Source of the DNA: Candidatus Proteinoplasmatales archaeon SG8-5
Lineage (GTDB): Archaea > Thermoplasmatota > Thermoplasmata > SG8-5
DNA: 41,329 nucleotides
Assembly: GCA_001595885.1 (NCBI GenBank)
Contig: LSSH01000084.1
Location: 1-41,329, forward strand
Reading direction: 5' to 3'
The translations under genes and the position numbers were made by a program. How positions within the stretch are numbered: the first letter of the stretch is position 1; each line of letters opens with the position of its first letter. Below are positions 26,755 through 35,563 of this stretch, in pieces. The notes beneath the pieces are model-generated. The model made no database searches. It was not told where the DNA came from and saw only the letters and a list, made by a program, of their open reading frames with translations.

Positions 26755-28017
26755 ATGGCGAGCCTCAGCGAGCAGATCAACAGCATAATGGAGAGAGAGA
26801 TGGGCGACATCGGCCCTTTTATCGTCAAGAAACAATCAATGCTCATCGGTGCCGACCCCGGAAGCATCGGTCCGAACGACCTTCCCGAGCTTGCCAGCAA
26901 GCTGTCCGAGGTCATGAAGACCTTCGGCGGATTCGAGAAGGCAAGGAAGATCTACAACGAGATCAAGGAGCTTGAGAACCTCGACCAGATAGTCGAGGGC
27001 GAGAAGAGCGAGGCAAGGCGCAACAAGATGCTAGAGGACCTAGGAAGGACATGCATATTCGCCGGCGAGTGGGAGAAGGCCTTCGAATACTTCAATCAAC
27101 TGCTGGCCGAAGCGGAGAGGAACAGCGACAGGCATCTCATGTCCAGGTACCTGAGGAGATTGGGCTTCATTCACCAGGAGAGGGCCGAGTTCGACCAGGC
27201 GCTGGTCTACTATGAAAGAGCGCTCGAGGAGGCCGAGGAATCCGGGAACAAGAACGCCATCGCGGGCTCGTTGAATTACCTGGGAACAGTATATTGGAAC
27301 AAGGGCAACTACGATGTGGCCAGGGACTTCCACGAGCGGGCCATCAAGAACGCTGAGATAGCCAAGGACATGCCGGCCCTCGGGGGCGCCCACATTGGTC
27401 TCGGGAATATACATTCCGACAGCAATCAGTTGGAGAAAGCCATCAGGCATTATACAAAGGCTCTCGAGCATCTGGAGAAGACCGATCACCTGGACCAGGT
27501 CGCGAGGGCGTACAACAATCTCGGAGACACGTACCTTCAAATGAAGGACTGGGACAAGGCTCTGGAACAGTTCGACAAGTGCCAGGAACTGGGGGAGAGA
27601 GGCGGCTGGCTGAACATGAAGGCCTGGGGCCTGTTCAATTCCTCGGAAGCGCTCATCAACCTGGGGATGTTCGACGAGGCTAGAAGAAATCTCGACCTTA
27701 GCGATGACATCCTACAACGCATCGGTGACAAGGCCGGGATCGCGGGCATGCATCAGAATTACGGAAGATTGTTCCAGGCAAAACGCGACTGGGACCTGGC
27801 CCTCAGACATTATGACAAGGCAATTGAAATTTTCACCGAGATCAACACCCCGTCCTCGCTTGCCGAATGCAGGAAGGAGCTGGGGTTAGTCTACAAGGAA
27901 AAAGGTGATTTGGAGCAGGCAAAGGCAGAGCTCAGGAGAGCTGCCAACCTGTATCACCATTTAGGACTTGAGAGCCTCGTAAAGATGTGCCTGAAAGAGA
28001 TCGACTCGCTGGGTTAA
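26755..28017 (+). CDS. Tetratricopeptide-repeat (TPR) protein
   Basis: 420 aa. After an N-terminal domain of about 90 aa, about 8 TPR-like units follow (e.g. ALVYYERALEEAEESG, SLNYLGTVYWNKGNYDVARDFHERAIK, AYNNLGDTYLQMKDWDKALEQFDK). Confidence 0.8.
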   Translation: MASLSEQINSIMEREMGDIGPFIVKKQSMLIGADPGSIGPNDLPELASKLSEVMKTFGGFEKARKIYNEIKELENLDQIVEGEKSEARRNKMLEDLGRTCIFAGEWEKAFEYFNQLLAEAERNSDRHLMSRYLRRLGFIHQERAEFDQALVYYERALEEAEESGNKNAIAGSLNYLGTVYWNKGNYDVARDFHERAIKNAEIAKDMPALGGAHIGLGNIHSDSNQLEKAIRHYTKALEHLEKTDHLDQVARAYNNLGDTYLQMKDWDKALEQFDKCQELGERGGWLNMKAWGLFNSSEALINLGMFDEARRNLDLSDDILQRIGDKAGIAGMHQNYGRLFQAKRDWDLALRHYDKAIEIFTEINTPSSLAECRKELGLVYKEKGDLEQAKAELRRAANLYHHLGLESLVKMCLKEIDSLG

Positions 28018-28199
28018 TCCCTCACACCCTTTTCATCTATCAATACAACTGCCTCGGCCTCGGGCCAGTTCGGCGAACTTACCCTCGAGGGTTTCCTCCG
28101 CTGGGCTTAATCCCTCACACCCTTTTCGTCAATCAATACAACTGCCTCAGCTTCGGGTAAGTTCGGACTATCTATAAGTCTGACTATCCTCTTGCCGGC
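28014..28199 (-). repeat. 93-bp tandem direct repeat: radA 3' end (28107-28199) plus a degenerate in-frame extra copy (28014-28106)
   Basis: 54 of the first 60 aligned positions are identical. The extra copy reads [20 protein letters not shown] versus rad[21 protein letters not shown]. Confidence 0.85.
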
Positions 28200-29063
28200 C
28201 TTGCTCTTTCTGAGATACAACCGGAAGGTGGCCGTGTGGCCCACTATGTGGCCGCCAATGGGCCTTGTCGGGTCTCCGAAGAAGGCGTCGGGTTTTGCGG
28301 AGACCTGATTGGTCACGATGACCACCGCGTTGTTGATGTCGCCGAAACGCAGCAGGTCGTGCATGTGCTTATTCAGCTTTTGCTGGCGGTCGGCCAGCGT
28401 TCCCCTGCCAACGTACTCGGCCCTGAAATGGGATGTCAGCGAGTCCACAATCAGCAGCTTTACGTCGTGATCCTCGGCGATGTCCCTCGCCTTCTCAGCA
28501 AGAAGCATCTGGTGATGAGAATTATAGGCTCTTGCCACGTGAATGCGGGACAGGATATCCTTCACGTTCAGGTCCAGAGCTTCGGCCATCTGGGCTATCC
28601 TCTCCGGTCTGAACGTGTTCTCGGTGTCGATCATGACCACGTCGCCGTCCAATCCCCCGTCCTTCTCCTTCATTTGAACGGACACCGCGCACTGATGGGC
28701 TATCTGGGTCTTGCCGGAGCCGAACTCGCCGAACAGCTCCGTGATCGCCTGGGACTCGAAGCCCCCGCCCATCAAAGAATCAAGAGCCTTTGAGCACGTG
28801 GTGAGCTTGCCGATCTTCTGGCGGCGCTCGAGCACCACGTCCCCGGTCTCGAAGCCGCCGACGTCCGCCTCCTTCTTTGCGGCGGCGATGACCTTGATGG
28901 CCACCGCCTCCCCGATATCGCACAACTCTGCGAGGCTCTTGGGCGATTCGACAGCTATCGACATCATCGTGGTGTAGCCGGCGTCTCTGAGCTTATCTGC
29001 CGTTGCGGGTCCAACTCCAGGCAACTTCTCTATGCCGTTCTCTTCGTCGCTCATGGCTTTCAC
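28107..29063 (-). CDS. radA: DNA repair and recombination protein RadA
   Basis: N-terminal Hh[20 protein letters not shown], Walker [10 protein letters not shown], Walker B LLIVDSL, 318 aa. GTG at 29063; ATG at 29054 (MSDEENG) is an alternative start. Confidence 0.95.
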   Translation of the reverse strand: MKAMSDEENGIEKLPGVGPATADKLRDAGYTTMMSIAVESPKSLAELCDIGEAVAIKVIAAAKKEADVGGFETGDVVLERRQKIGKLTTCSKALDSLMGGGFESQAITELFGEFGSGKTQIAHQCAVSVQMKEKDGGLDGDVVMIDTENTFRPERIAQMAEALDLNVKDILSRIHVARAYNSHHQMLLAEKARDIAEDHDVKLLIVDSLTSHFRAEYVGRGTLADRQQKLNKHMHDLLRFGDINNAVVIVTNQVSAKPDAFFGDPTRPIGGHIVGHTATFRLYLRKSKAGKRIVRLIDSPNLPEAEAVVLIDEKGVRD

Positions 29064-29085
29064 CGACTATAAAACCGTTCTAGGG

Positions 29086-29092
29086 TTTATAA
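29086..29092 (-). promoter_or_regulatory. TATA-like box upstream of radA
   Basis: TTATAAA on the minus strand, centred about 26 nt upstream of the GTG at 29063. This would give a leaderless or very short-leader transcript. Confidence 0.3.
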
Positions 29093-29327
29093 GGATACCT
29101 GAGGGTACACCGAAAGTATTGGGGTAAACCACCAGGCCATGGATGACACGACATTGTGATTCTTGCCTGTATGTTTACCTGTATGGCCCTGCACCTTATT
29201 TCCCGACATCTGACGGATTTCGTGTTTCTACCCCCACATGTGTACGGTGCGGGGCAGAATACTCAACTTGTGTAATCGATATAATACGTTTCAAAAAAAT
29301 TACCCTTGGGATTCATTACACACTACA

Positions 29328-30452
29328 CTAATCCTTTACAACCACTGGCTTGTGGTCCTCGTAGCCTTTGGCCGTTATCTCTTTTGTGTATTTGCCCTTG
29401 TTCATAATCATGATGCCGTCGACAACGACGCTGCACTTCCTCATCAGCAGGTCTATGTGATGGTTGCACGACCAGTTCGCGCCGGTCTTCGCGTGATACG
29501 GGTCCCCGAAGGCCACGTGCACCGTTGGGAACTTCTCGTCCTGGAGAATGTTGCCGATTATCTCCTTAAGGAAAATGTTCGTCCCAAGGCCGAGCTCGCC
29601 GACCCTGGAGGCGTTGGGATCGCCGTTGACGTAGTTCGTGAAGTCCTCGAGCAGGTCAGAGTTCTGGCAGTAAACGTTCTTGAGGAAGGACCCACCGTTC
29701 CTTTGGGTGATCTCGATCTCAAGCGGCGTTTCCATGAAATTTACAGTGTCCTTGTATTTCACCCCGATCCATTCGCCCAACGAGCCGTCCACTACCAATT
29801 TTCCGGTAAGGGTCTTGGGAGCGGTGAATACCTCTCCGGAGGGGAGATTCTGCCACTCTCCCACCTTTTCCACTATCCCGGAGTCCTCCACCCACCGTAT
29901 ACCCGGGTCAAGCGTGGCAACGAAATCCGTTCCGGCCGGCGACGTCACGTGCATCTCGCTGGCCATGGTCAAGAGCTCCTGGAGCTTCTTCGTTATCCTG
30001 AACACTTCGTCGTAATCCACGCACATTCCGGTGGTCATGATCTTGTTGGTTATACCAACCATGTGGGCGTGCCTTGCCCGTTGCGAGACGAGCTTTATCA
30101 GCGGCTCCCTCAAAGTCTGGAGCTCGCCCTCTCTGGCACCTGCGACAAAGAATGTCACGGACGATTTCTGGATCGCGTCCACGAGGGATTCGGGCATCCC
30201 CGGGATAGGGCGGCCCCCGTATGCCGGTAGGTCCAGGTTGAAGAAGCGGACCCTGTCCGTGATCTCCAGTGATGCCTTACGGATGGCCATCCCAATATCC
30301 TTGGAGTCGTCATCGGAAATTATCAAAACACTGTCCTTTGGGCCAACCTTCATACATTTGTTGACGGCTATGTCCGCTCCCTCCTTTAGCTTGCCCTTCA
30401 TCTGGTCGTGAATAATACGCCGATTATTAAATTGTTTTGCCCTCATTAGCAC
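29328..30452 (-). CDS. M29-family aminopeptidase (AmpS/PepS-like)
   Basis: 374 aa with LPSGEVFTAP, GELGLGTN and VHVAFGDP, motifs I associate with the thermophilic metalloaminopeptidase (M29) family. Confidence 0.75.
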   Translation of the reverse strand: MLMRAKQFNNRRIIHDQMKGKLKEGADIAVNKCMKVGPKDSVLIISDDDSKDIGMAIRKASLEITDRVRFFNLDLPAYGGRPIPGMPESLVDAIQKSSVTFFVAGAREGELQTLREPLIKLVSQRARHAHMVGITNKIMTTGMCVDYDEVFRITKKLQELLTMASEMHVTSPAGTDFVATLDPGIRWVEDSGIVEKVGEWQNLPSGEVFTAPKTLTGKLVVDGSLGEWIGVKYKDTVNFMETPLEIEITQRNGGSFLKNVYCQNSDLLEDFTNYVNGDPNASRVGELGLGTNIFLKEIIGNILQDEKFPTVHVAFGDPYHAKTGANWSCNHHIDLLMRKCSVVVDGIMIMNKGKYTKEITAKGYEDHKPVVVKD

Positions 30453-30487
30453 AAACTTTATTTTATCAATTAGCTAATCTCACAGCG

Positions 30488-31216
30488 ATGAAGGTTCCCG
30501 AGTCACACCCTAGATACAATTCCCTCAAGCTGAGGGAGAAGCTCATCGAAGGTTACAAGGCCGGCATCGTTGCTGAGGCAGGTCTCATCGCCCACGGCAG
30601 GGGCGAGGCGTTCGATTATCTCCTCGGTGAGGTCACGGTTCCAGAGGCGGAACTGGCGGCGAAGGCTGCGGCCAAACTGCTCCTGGGAGCCGAGAACCCA
30701 GTGATCTCTGTCAACGGTAATGTTGCAGCCTTATGTCCCGCGGAGGTCGTCACCCTGGCGAAGGAGGCCTCTGCAAAGCTGGAGGTCAACCTCTTCCACC
30801 GCACCGATGAGAGGGTGGAGACCATCATCGGGCACTTGATGAATCACGGTGCTCAAGAGGTCCTCGGAGCCAATCCTGACGCCAGAATACCGGGGCTCGA
30901 CCACGCCCGGGCCCTCTGCAGCGGGGGGGGGATCCATTCGGCCGATGTCGTTCTGGTCCCGCTGGAGGACGGCGACAGGGCCCATGCCCTCCGTAACATG
31001 GGGAAGACCACGATAGTAATTGACCTCAATCCGTTGTCCAGAAGTGCGCAATCCGCAACCGTAACCATAGTGGACGAGGTCACCAGGGCCATTCCGAAAA
31101 TTACAGGATACGTAGGGAGAATGAAGGAAGGCGCACCTGCCCACGAGTTCAATAATGCAAAAAATCTGGAAACGATTATCGACAATATCAGAACGGGCGC
31201 TTATTCAAGCGTGTAG
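30488..31216 (+). CDS. 4-phosphopantoate--beta-alanine ligase (archaeal phosphopantothenate synthetase)
   Basis: MKVPESHPRYNSLKLREKLIEGYKAGIVAEAGLIAHGRGEAFDYLLGE matches the archaeal PPS (COG1701) N-terminus. ATG 30488 is preferred over the track start 30437, which overlaps the divergent aminopeptidase gene. Confidence 0.7.
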   Translation: MKVPESHPRYNSLKLREKLIEGYKAGIVAEAGLIAHGRGEAFDYLLGEVTVPEAELAAKAAAKLLLGAENPVISVNGNVAALCPAEVVTLAKEASAKLEVNLFHRTDERVETIIGHLMNHGAQEVLGANPDARIPGLDHARALCSGGGIHSADVVLVPLEDGDRAHALRNMGKTTIVIDLNPLSRSAQSATVTIVDEVTRAIPKITGYVGRMKEGAPAHEFNNAKNLETIIDNIRTGAYSSV

Positions 31217-31908
31217 ATTATCCTCTCCCTGTCCTTACCCTTGTTCTCCTTCTTCAGTATGCTGACCTTTCCCAGCTCGCCCGTGTTCTTCACGTGCGTG
31301 CCTGCGCAGGGGCACTGGTCGAAGCCCGTCACCTCTACAACTCTGAGGTTGCTGACCGATTTGGGTATCAGGTCCAGGTTGCAGCGCTCGGGGTTCACGC
31401 GCTGCTCCAGATCGGCGCGCTCGACCTCGATGATGCGGACATCCACGTTCCCGGCAATGACGTCGTTGGCCTTCTGCTCGATGGTCCTTAGGTCATCCTC
31501 CGAGAGAGATATCGGATGCAGGTCCACCCTTGCCCTGTCTGCGTACAGCTGGTTGCCCACGGTTCTGGCCCCGTACTCGTCGTATACTATACCGGAGACT
31601 ATGTGCTGGGCCGTGTGCATCCTCATGTGACCGTACCTGCGGTCCCAGTCGAGGCTCGCCTTGACCATACCGGAGGGCAGCTGACCGTCAATGTGGTGCT
31701 TGATTATGCCCTTCTTCGTCACCTCGCGGACGCGTGCTTTTCCGCCGCTCCATTCGAGGAAACCCGTGTCAGATGGCTGGCCGCCGCCGAGTGGGTAGAA
31801 CGCGCTCTTGTCCAGGACCACGTAGTCGTCCTTTGCCTTTGTCACCTCGGCGTCCCACTCCCTGATGTAGTTGGATTCTATGTCCGGCATGTAGAGGACT
31901 TCCGTCAT
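31201..31908 (-). CDS. alaX: Alanyl-tRNA editing protein AlaX (free-standing AlaRS editing domain)
   Basis: Zinc/editing motifs MHTAQHIVSG (HxxxH) and CPCAGTHV (CxxxH), 235 aa. 16-nt convergent overlap with the PPS gene. Confidence 0.85.
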   Translation of the reverse strand: MTEVLYMPDIESNYIREWDAEVTKAKDDYVVLDKSAFYPLGGGQPSDTGFLEWSGGKARVREVTKKGIIKHHIDGQLPSGMVKASLDWDRRYGHMRMHTAQHIVSGIVYDEYGARTVGNQLYADRARVDLHPISLSEDDLRTIEQKANDVIAGNVDVRIIEVERADLEQRVNPERCNLDLIPKSVSNLRVVEVTGFDQCPCAGTHVKNTGELGKVSILKKENKGKDRERIIYTLE

Positions 31909-32008
31909 GCTCTCACCAATGCCCGATTACGATGAACATTAAAATATGTTGACCTTTTAGGCAATAGGCTTAAATCTGGAGTCTATCTTCCTTTGTCAAG
32001 GAGGAAAT

Positions 32009-33190
32009 ATGTCTGTAAAGAAGGTTTACGTTGACCATTCCGCCACATCACCGGTCGACCCCTTGGTCTTGGAAGCAATGTTGCCCTACTTCTCGGACAG
32101 GTTCGGCAACCCATCTGCATTGTATTCACAGGGAAGGGATGCTCATGAGGGGGTCGAGGTCGCCCGGGCAAAGGTTGCCGATGCCCTGGGTGCCGAGGCC
32201 GACGAGATAATATTCACCTCGGGCGGAACCGAATCGGACAATCTGGGAATCATAGGCACGGCGTTGGCTAGGGAACAAATGAAAGGGCACGTGATTACCT
32301 CCAGCATAGAACATCTGGCCGTACTGAATTCATGCAAGCACCTGGAGGAATGCGGTATAGATGTAACCTATCTTCCGGTGAACGAATACGGAGAGGTCGG
32401 GCTTGATGTGCTTCAGGACGCGATGCGGGACGATACATTTCTCGTTTCGATAGGTTATGCAAATCAGGAAATCGGTACTATACAAAAAATCGGGGAAATG
32501 GCTGAAATCGCGCATGACAACGGTGCCCTTCTTCACACGGACGCGGTCCAGGCCGTCGGTAAGGTCCCGATAAATGTTAAGGACCTGGATGTCGATCTCC
32601 TGACCCTGTCCGGTCACAAGATATACGGACCAAAGGGCATTGGTGCGCTTTACGTCAAAAAAGGCGTTTCAATAGAACCCATGCAGCACGGCGGAGGCCA
32701 TGAGAGGAGATTAAGGGCAGGAACCGAGAATGTCCCCGGTATTGTAGGATTGGGCAGGGCGATGGAGCTGGGCCAGGAATGGTTGGAGACTGATATCCCC
32801 CGAATCAAAGGTTTGAGGGACCGCCTGATATCCGGAATATTGGGCTCCATCGAGAACTCGTACCTCAACGGTCACCCTGATAGGCGATTGCCTCATAATG
32901 CACACTTCCGTTTCTCGTTCATCGAGGGCGAGGCCATTCTCCTGAATCTGGATTATTACGGTATTTCCGCCTCGACCGGATCGGCTTGCTCGTCCAGGTC
33001 CCTGAAGGCTTCGCATGTTCTCCTGGCCATCGGCCTGAAACATGAGGACGCTCACGGTTCCCTCAGGTTCACGCTTGGCAGGAGTAATACGGAAGAGGAT
33101 ATCGACTGGTTATTGGTAAAAGTGCCTGAGATAGTTGCGAAATTGAGAGAGATATCCCCGCTCGGGCGGGGTGCAGACAAGGAGCGATAA
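32009..33190 (+). CDS. iscS: Cysteine desulfurase (IscS/NifS class)
   Basis: PLP-lysine motif SGHKIYGPKGIGALYV and active-site loop STGSACSS, 393 aa. Confidence 0.9.
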   Translation: MSVKKVYVDHSATSPVDPLVLEAMLPYFSDRFGNPSALYSQGRDAHEGVEVARAKVADALGAEADEIIFTSGGTESDNLGIIGTALAREQMKGHVITSSIEHLAVLNSCKHLEECGIDVTYLPVNEYGEVGLDVLQDAMRDDTFLVSIGYANQEIGTIQKIGEMAEIAHDNGALLHTDAVQAVGKVPINVKDLDVDLLTLSGHKIYGPKGIGALYVKKGVSIEPMQHGGGHERRLRAGTENVPGIVGLGRAMELGQEWLETDIPRIKGLRDRLISGILGSIENSYLNGHPDRRLPHNAHFRFSFIEGEAILLNLDYYGISASTGSACSSRSLKASHVLLAIGLKHEDAHGSLRFTLGRSNTEEDIDWLLVKVPEIVAKLREISPLGRGADKER

Positions 33191-33191
33191 G

Positions 33192-33557
33192 ATGTACAGC
33201 GAGAAGGTTATGGACCATTTCATGAATCCCAGGAACCTGGGGGAGTTGGAAAATGCTGACGGAGTGGGAGAGGTAGGAAATCCCACATGTGGCGACCTTA
33301 TGAAAATATTCATTAAGGTTGAGAACGACAAAATAATCGACATTAAGTTCCAGACTTTCGGCTGCGGTGCTGCGATTGCCACGAGCAGCATGGTCACGGA
33401 ACTGGCAAAAGGGAAATCACTGGATGAGGCCCTTGAGATCACAAGGGACGACGTGGCCACGAACCTTGAGGGTCTACCACCTTTAAAGATGCACTGCTCG
33501 AACTTGGCCAGTGATGCGCTGAGGGCGGCCATCGAGGATTATCGGAAGAGGCACTAA
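33192..33557 (+). CDS. iscU: Fe-S cluster scaffold protein IscU/NifU-like
   Basis: MYSEKVMDHFMNPRN start. Three conserved Cys in GNPTCGDLM, FGCGAAIA and MHCSNLA. The ATG lies 1 nt after the iscS stop. Confidence 0.9.
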   Translation: MYSEKVMDHFMNPRNLGELENADGVGEVGNPTCGDLMKIFIKVENDKIIDIKFQTFGCGAAIATSSMVTELAKGKSLDEALEITRDDVATNLEGLPPLKMHCSNLASDALRAAIEDYRKRH

Positions 33558-35071
33558 TCATCCTTTGTAAGTTCTTTGAAGGACCTATAATCCCGTTGCA
33601 GGAACTCGCCTGCCAGGTAAAGGCATACACCGTAAATGATGACCCCAAGGCCAGCGAAGACGAGGACCCTGTGGACCTCAGTCGTTATTTCAAAATACCA
33701 GGCGGTGAAGGTGAGGGTGACGACGGTTATGCCGGTGCACAGAATGTGAGCCAGTATCCGCGGGTGCGGCCGGCATTCCAATCTTATCGCTGTGAAGAGC
33801 CTGACAGTTATGAAGCCTACGAAGCTTGATGCCAGCACCGCTGACGCGGTTATGTCCATCTTGCTCAGGTTTGCCGTCGAGAGCAACAGGTTCTCAGGCA
33901 GGAACAGCACAAGGATGATGACTAGGGTGAGGAAGGATAGGCCTACGGAAGCGCTCAATGGCCCGAATTTGGAATCCCTGATCATGTAGGCTATATGAGG
34001 GGATGCCAGGGCCGTGAAGAGACCGGCAGCGGCAAGCAGGCTGACCGCGAAACCGCCGCCGACAAAATCGTTGCCCAGGAAGGCTCCGAGGACATCGTCG
34101 GGGAAGTAAATGTAGAAGGCCGCAATGGGCAGGCCAACCAATGTGACGTAGCGTTCTGTCATCCTCAGTGTATCCCTCACAGCATCCTTGTCTTCCCGTT
34201 TCAGATGAAGGTCGATAGCCCCGCCGATGATGCCCTGGATGACCACGGACGATGCGGCTATGAAAACGGTGATTAGCTGGGCCCCGAAGTAAAGGCCAAG
34301 GGTGCGGAAGTCTGTGAAATACCACAACAGGACCTTGTCCAGGTTGATGAGGATTGCCCCGAGGGCGAAGAAGGGCAATATGGATTTGGAGATGTCGTGG
34401 AACTCCAGCTGAACCTCGTCGTCAACAGGGAACCTCCTGAACCGTCTTGCGTTGTTCCTGATGACCATCAGGCCGAGTACGGCGGCGACCATGTAGATCG
34501 CCGAGACCTGGAGAACCGCTGCCTGGTCCCCGATGCCGGTCAGTGCCAACGAAATGGCTCCTAAGAGCAATCCGAACTTGCCCAGCGCCTCGAGGAGGTC
34601 GTATGATTTCGCGGTCGTCTCCCTGCCCTTGGCCCTGAACGACACCACCCATATTTGCGCCATATTGACGACCAGGAAATAACCCAGGATGGCGAACATG
34701 GACATCGGATGGATCGGGGTGTGCGTCTCCGGGGCAAGCAGGAGGACGTAGACACCTATCATGATTCCCGAGACCACCCCCAGCGCGACCGTGAACTTGA
34801 TCTTGCTCATCAGGTACGCTGAATAACAATCCTTGAAGGGGTGCCCCTTGTCCAGCACCTTGACGAAGGCGAGTCCGTAGGCCAGGTCCCCCAGGAAGAA
34901 GAACAGCCCGACATAGGCCAGCATGAAGCCGAGGGCTCCGAGTATCTCCACCCCCATATTGCGGGCGATCAACAAAAGCGCGCCCGTATTGCCGACTGCC
35001 GTCAGGATGGTGCTGGCCACCAATATAATCCGCTTCTTCCCTGCCGGCGACCTGTCCGCCAAAAACCCCAT
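33554..35071 (-). CDS. MOP-superfamily flippase (Wzx/polysaccharide biosynthesis protein-like)
   Basis: 505 aa with about 14 TM segments and PST-family-like N-terminal organisation. 4-nt convergent overlap with iscU. Confidence 0.65.
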   Translation of the reverse strand: MGFLADRSPAGKKRIILVASTILTAVGNTGALLLIARNMGVEILGALGFMLAYVGLFFFLGDLAYGLAFVKVLDKGHPFKDCYSAYLMSKIKFTVALGVVSGIMIGVYVLLLAPETHTPIHPMSMFAILGYFLVVNMAQIWVVSFRAKGRETTAKSYDLLEALGKFGLLLGAISLALTGIGDQAAVLQVSAIYMVAAVLGLMVIRNNARRFRRFPVDDEVQLEFHDISKSILPFFALGAILINLDKVLLWYFTDFRTLGLYFGAQLITVFIAASSVVIQGIIGGAIDLHLKREDKDAVRDTLRMTERYVTLVGLPIAAFYIYFPDDVLGAFLGNDFVGGGFAVSLLAAAGLFTALASPHIAYMIRDSKFGPLSASVGLSFLTLVIILVLFLPENLLLSTANLSKMDITASAVLASSFVGFITVRLFTAIRLECRPHPRILAHILCTGITVVTLTFTAWYFEITTEVHRVLVFAGLGVIIYGVCLYLAGEFLQRDYRSFKELTKDD

Positions 35072-35159
35072 GACCCGAGATGGCGTTTCCCCATTATAAA
35101 ATTTTGATGACCTCCCTCGAATTATTAATCGTCTAGGACCAAACGGAGTATTTGATGCT

Positions 35160-35520
35160 AGAGAGCGCCCCGAGCAGGTGGGGGATGGTCGAAGAAGCTT
35201 GCTTCGAGAAAAAGACCAACCTCTGGTTGGTTAATGCCAGCAGAGGGGCGCAACGGTTAGGGGACGGGTATGGGGCCACATCGGCAAAGCAAAGCATTAT
35301 TTCACCGTCCAAGGCAATCATGCCCCAGCTGTAAGGCCGGGATCAGAACGCCAGATTCTTCAAATCTGGCGCAGGTGAAATCCAGATTGCATGGAGATTC
35401 CAAACCCCGCCTGTGCGAACATGATAAGGGCCCAACATATGTTGACATCCATGTGAGCGAGACCAATAGTCTGTAAACCTGTTCTATACAGATATTGGTT
35501 GCGAGGGCGGGGGTGTCAAA
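35160..35520. other. Hairpin-dense noncoding region; candidate ncRNA or regulatory element, unclassified
   Basis: Within a 492-bp gap between divergent genes. Hairpins at 35188-35206 (6 bp), 35214-35230 (7 bp), 35348-35370 (9 bp) and 35461-35498 (13 bp, one bulge). CCCCGCCTG (35404-35412) can pair with CAGGTGGGG (35174-35182), or its CCCCGCC core with GGCGGGG (35505-35511). Confidence 0.2.
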
Positions 35521-35563
35521 ATTGTAATATAGGCATAATCCTTTATCCATCAAGGTTGATATC

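Noticed and set aside
29113-29215. Box C/D sRNA upstream of radA (GGATGAC ... CTGA)
   Set aside because: The C-box-like sequence has a mismatch, the only CTGA is about 85 nt away, and no C'/D' pair at archaeal spacing could be found.
29238-30230. 330-aa plus-strand ORF
   Set aside because: Entirely antisense to the well-supported M29 aminopeptidase gene. The translation is Arg/His/Val/Leu-rich low-complexity sequence with no motifs, so it is a shadow ORF.
35160-35520. RNase P RNA or SRP (7S) RNA in the 492-bp gap
   Set aside because: There are collinear weak resemblances: GAGAAAAAGACC, GGCAAAGCAAAGC, GUAAGG..GGUGAAAUCC and ACAGAUAUUGGUUG. However, the near-universal GGAAAGUCC and ACAGAA..GGCUUA P4 strands are absent, and the 3' candidate is locked in a 13-bp local hairpin. 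No SRP helix-8 GGAA/AGCA motif occurs on either strand. The region is kept only as an unclassified structured region.
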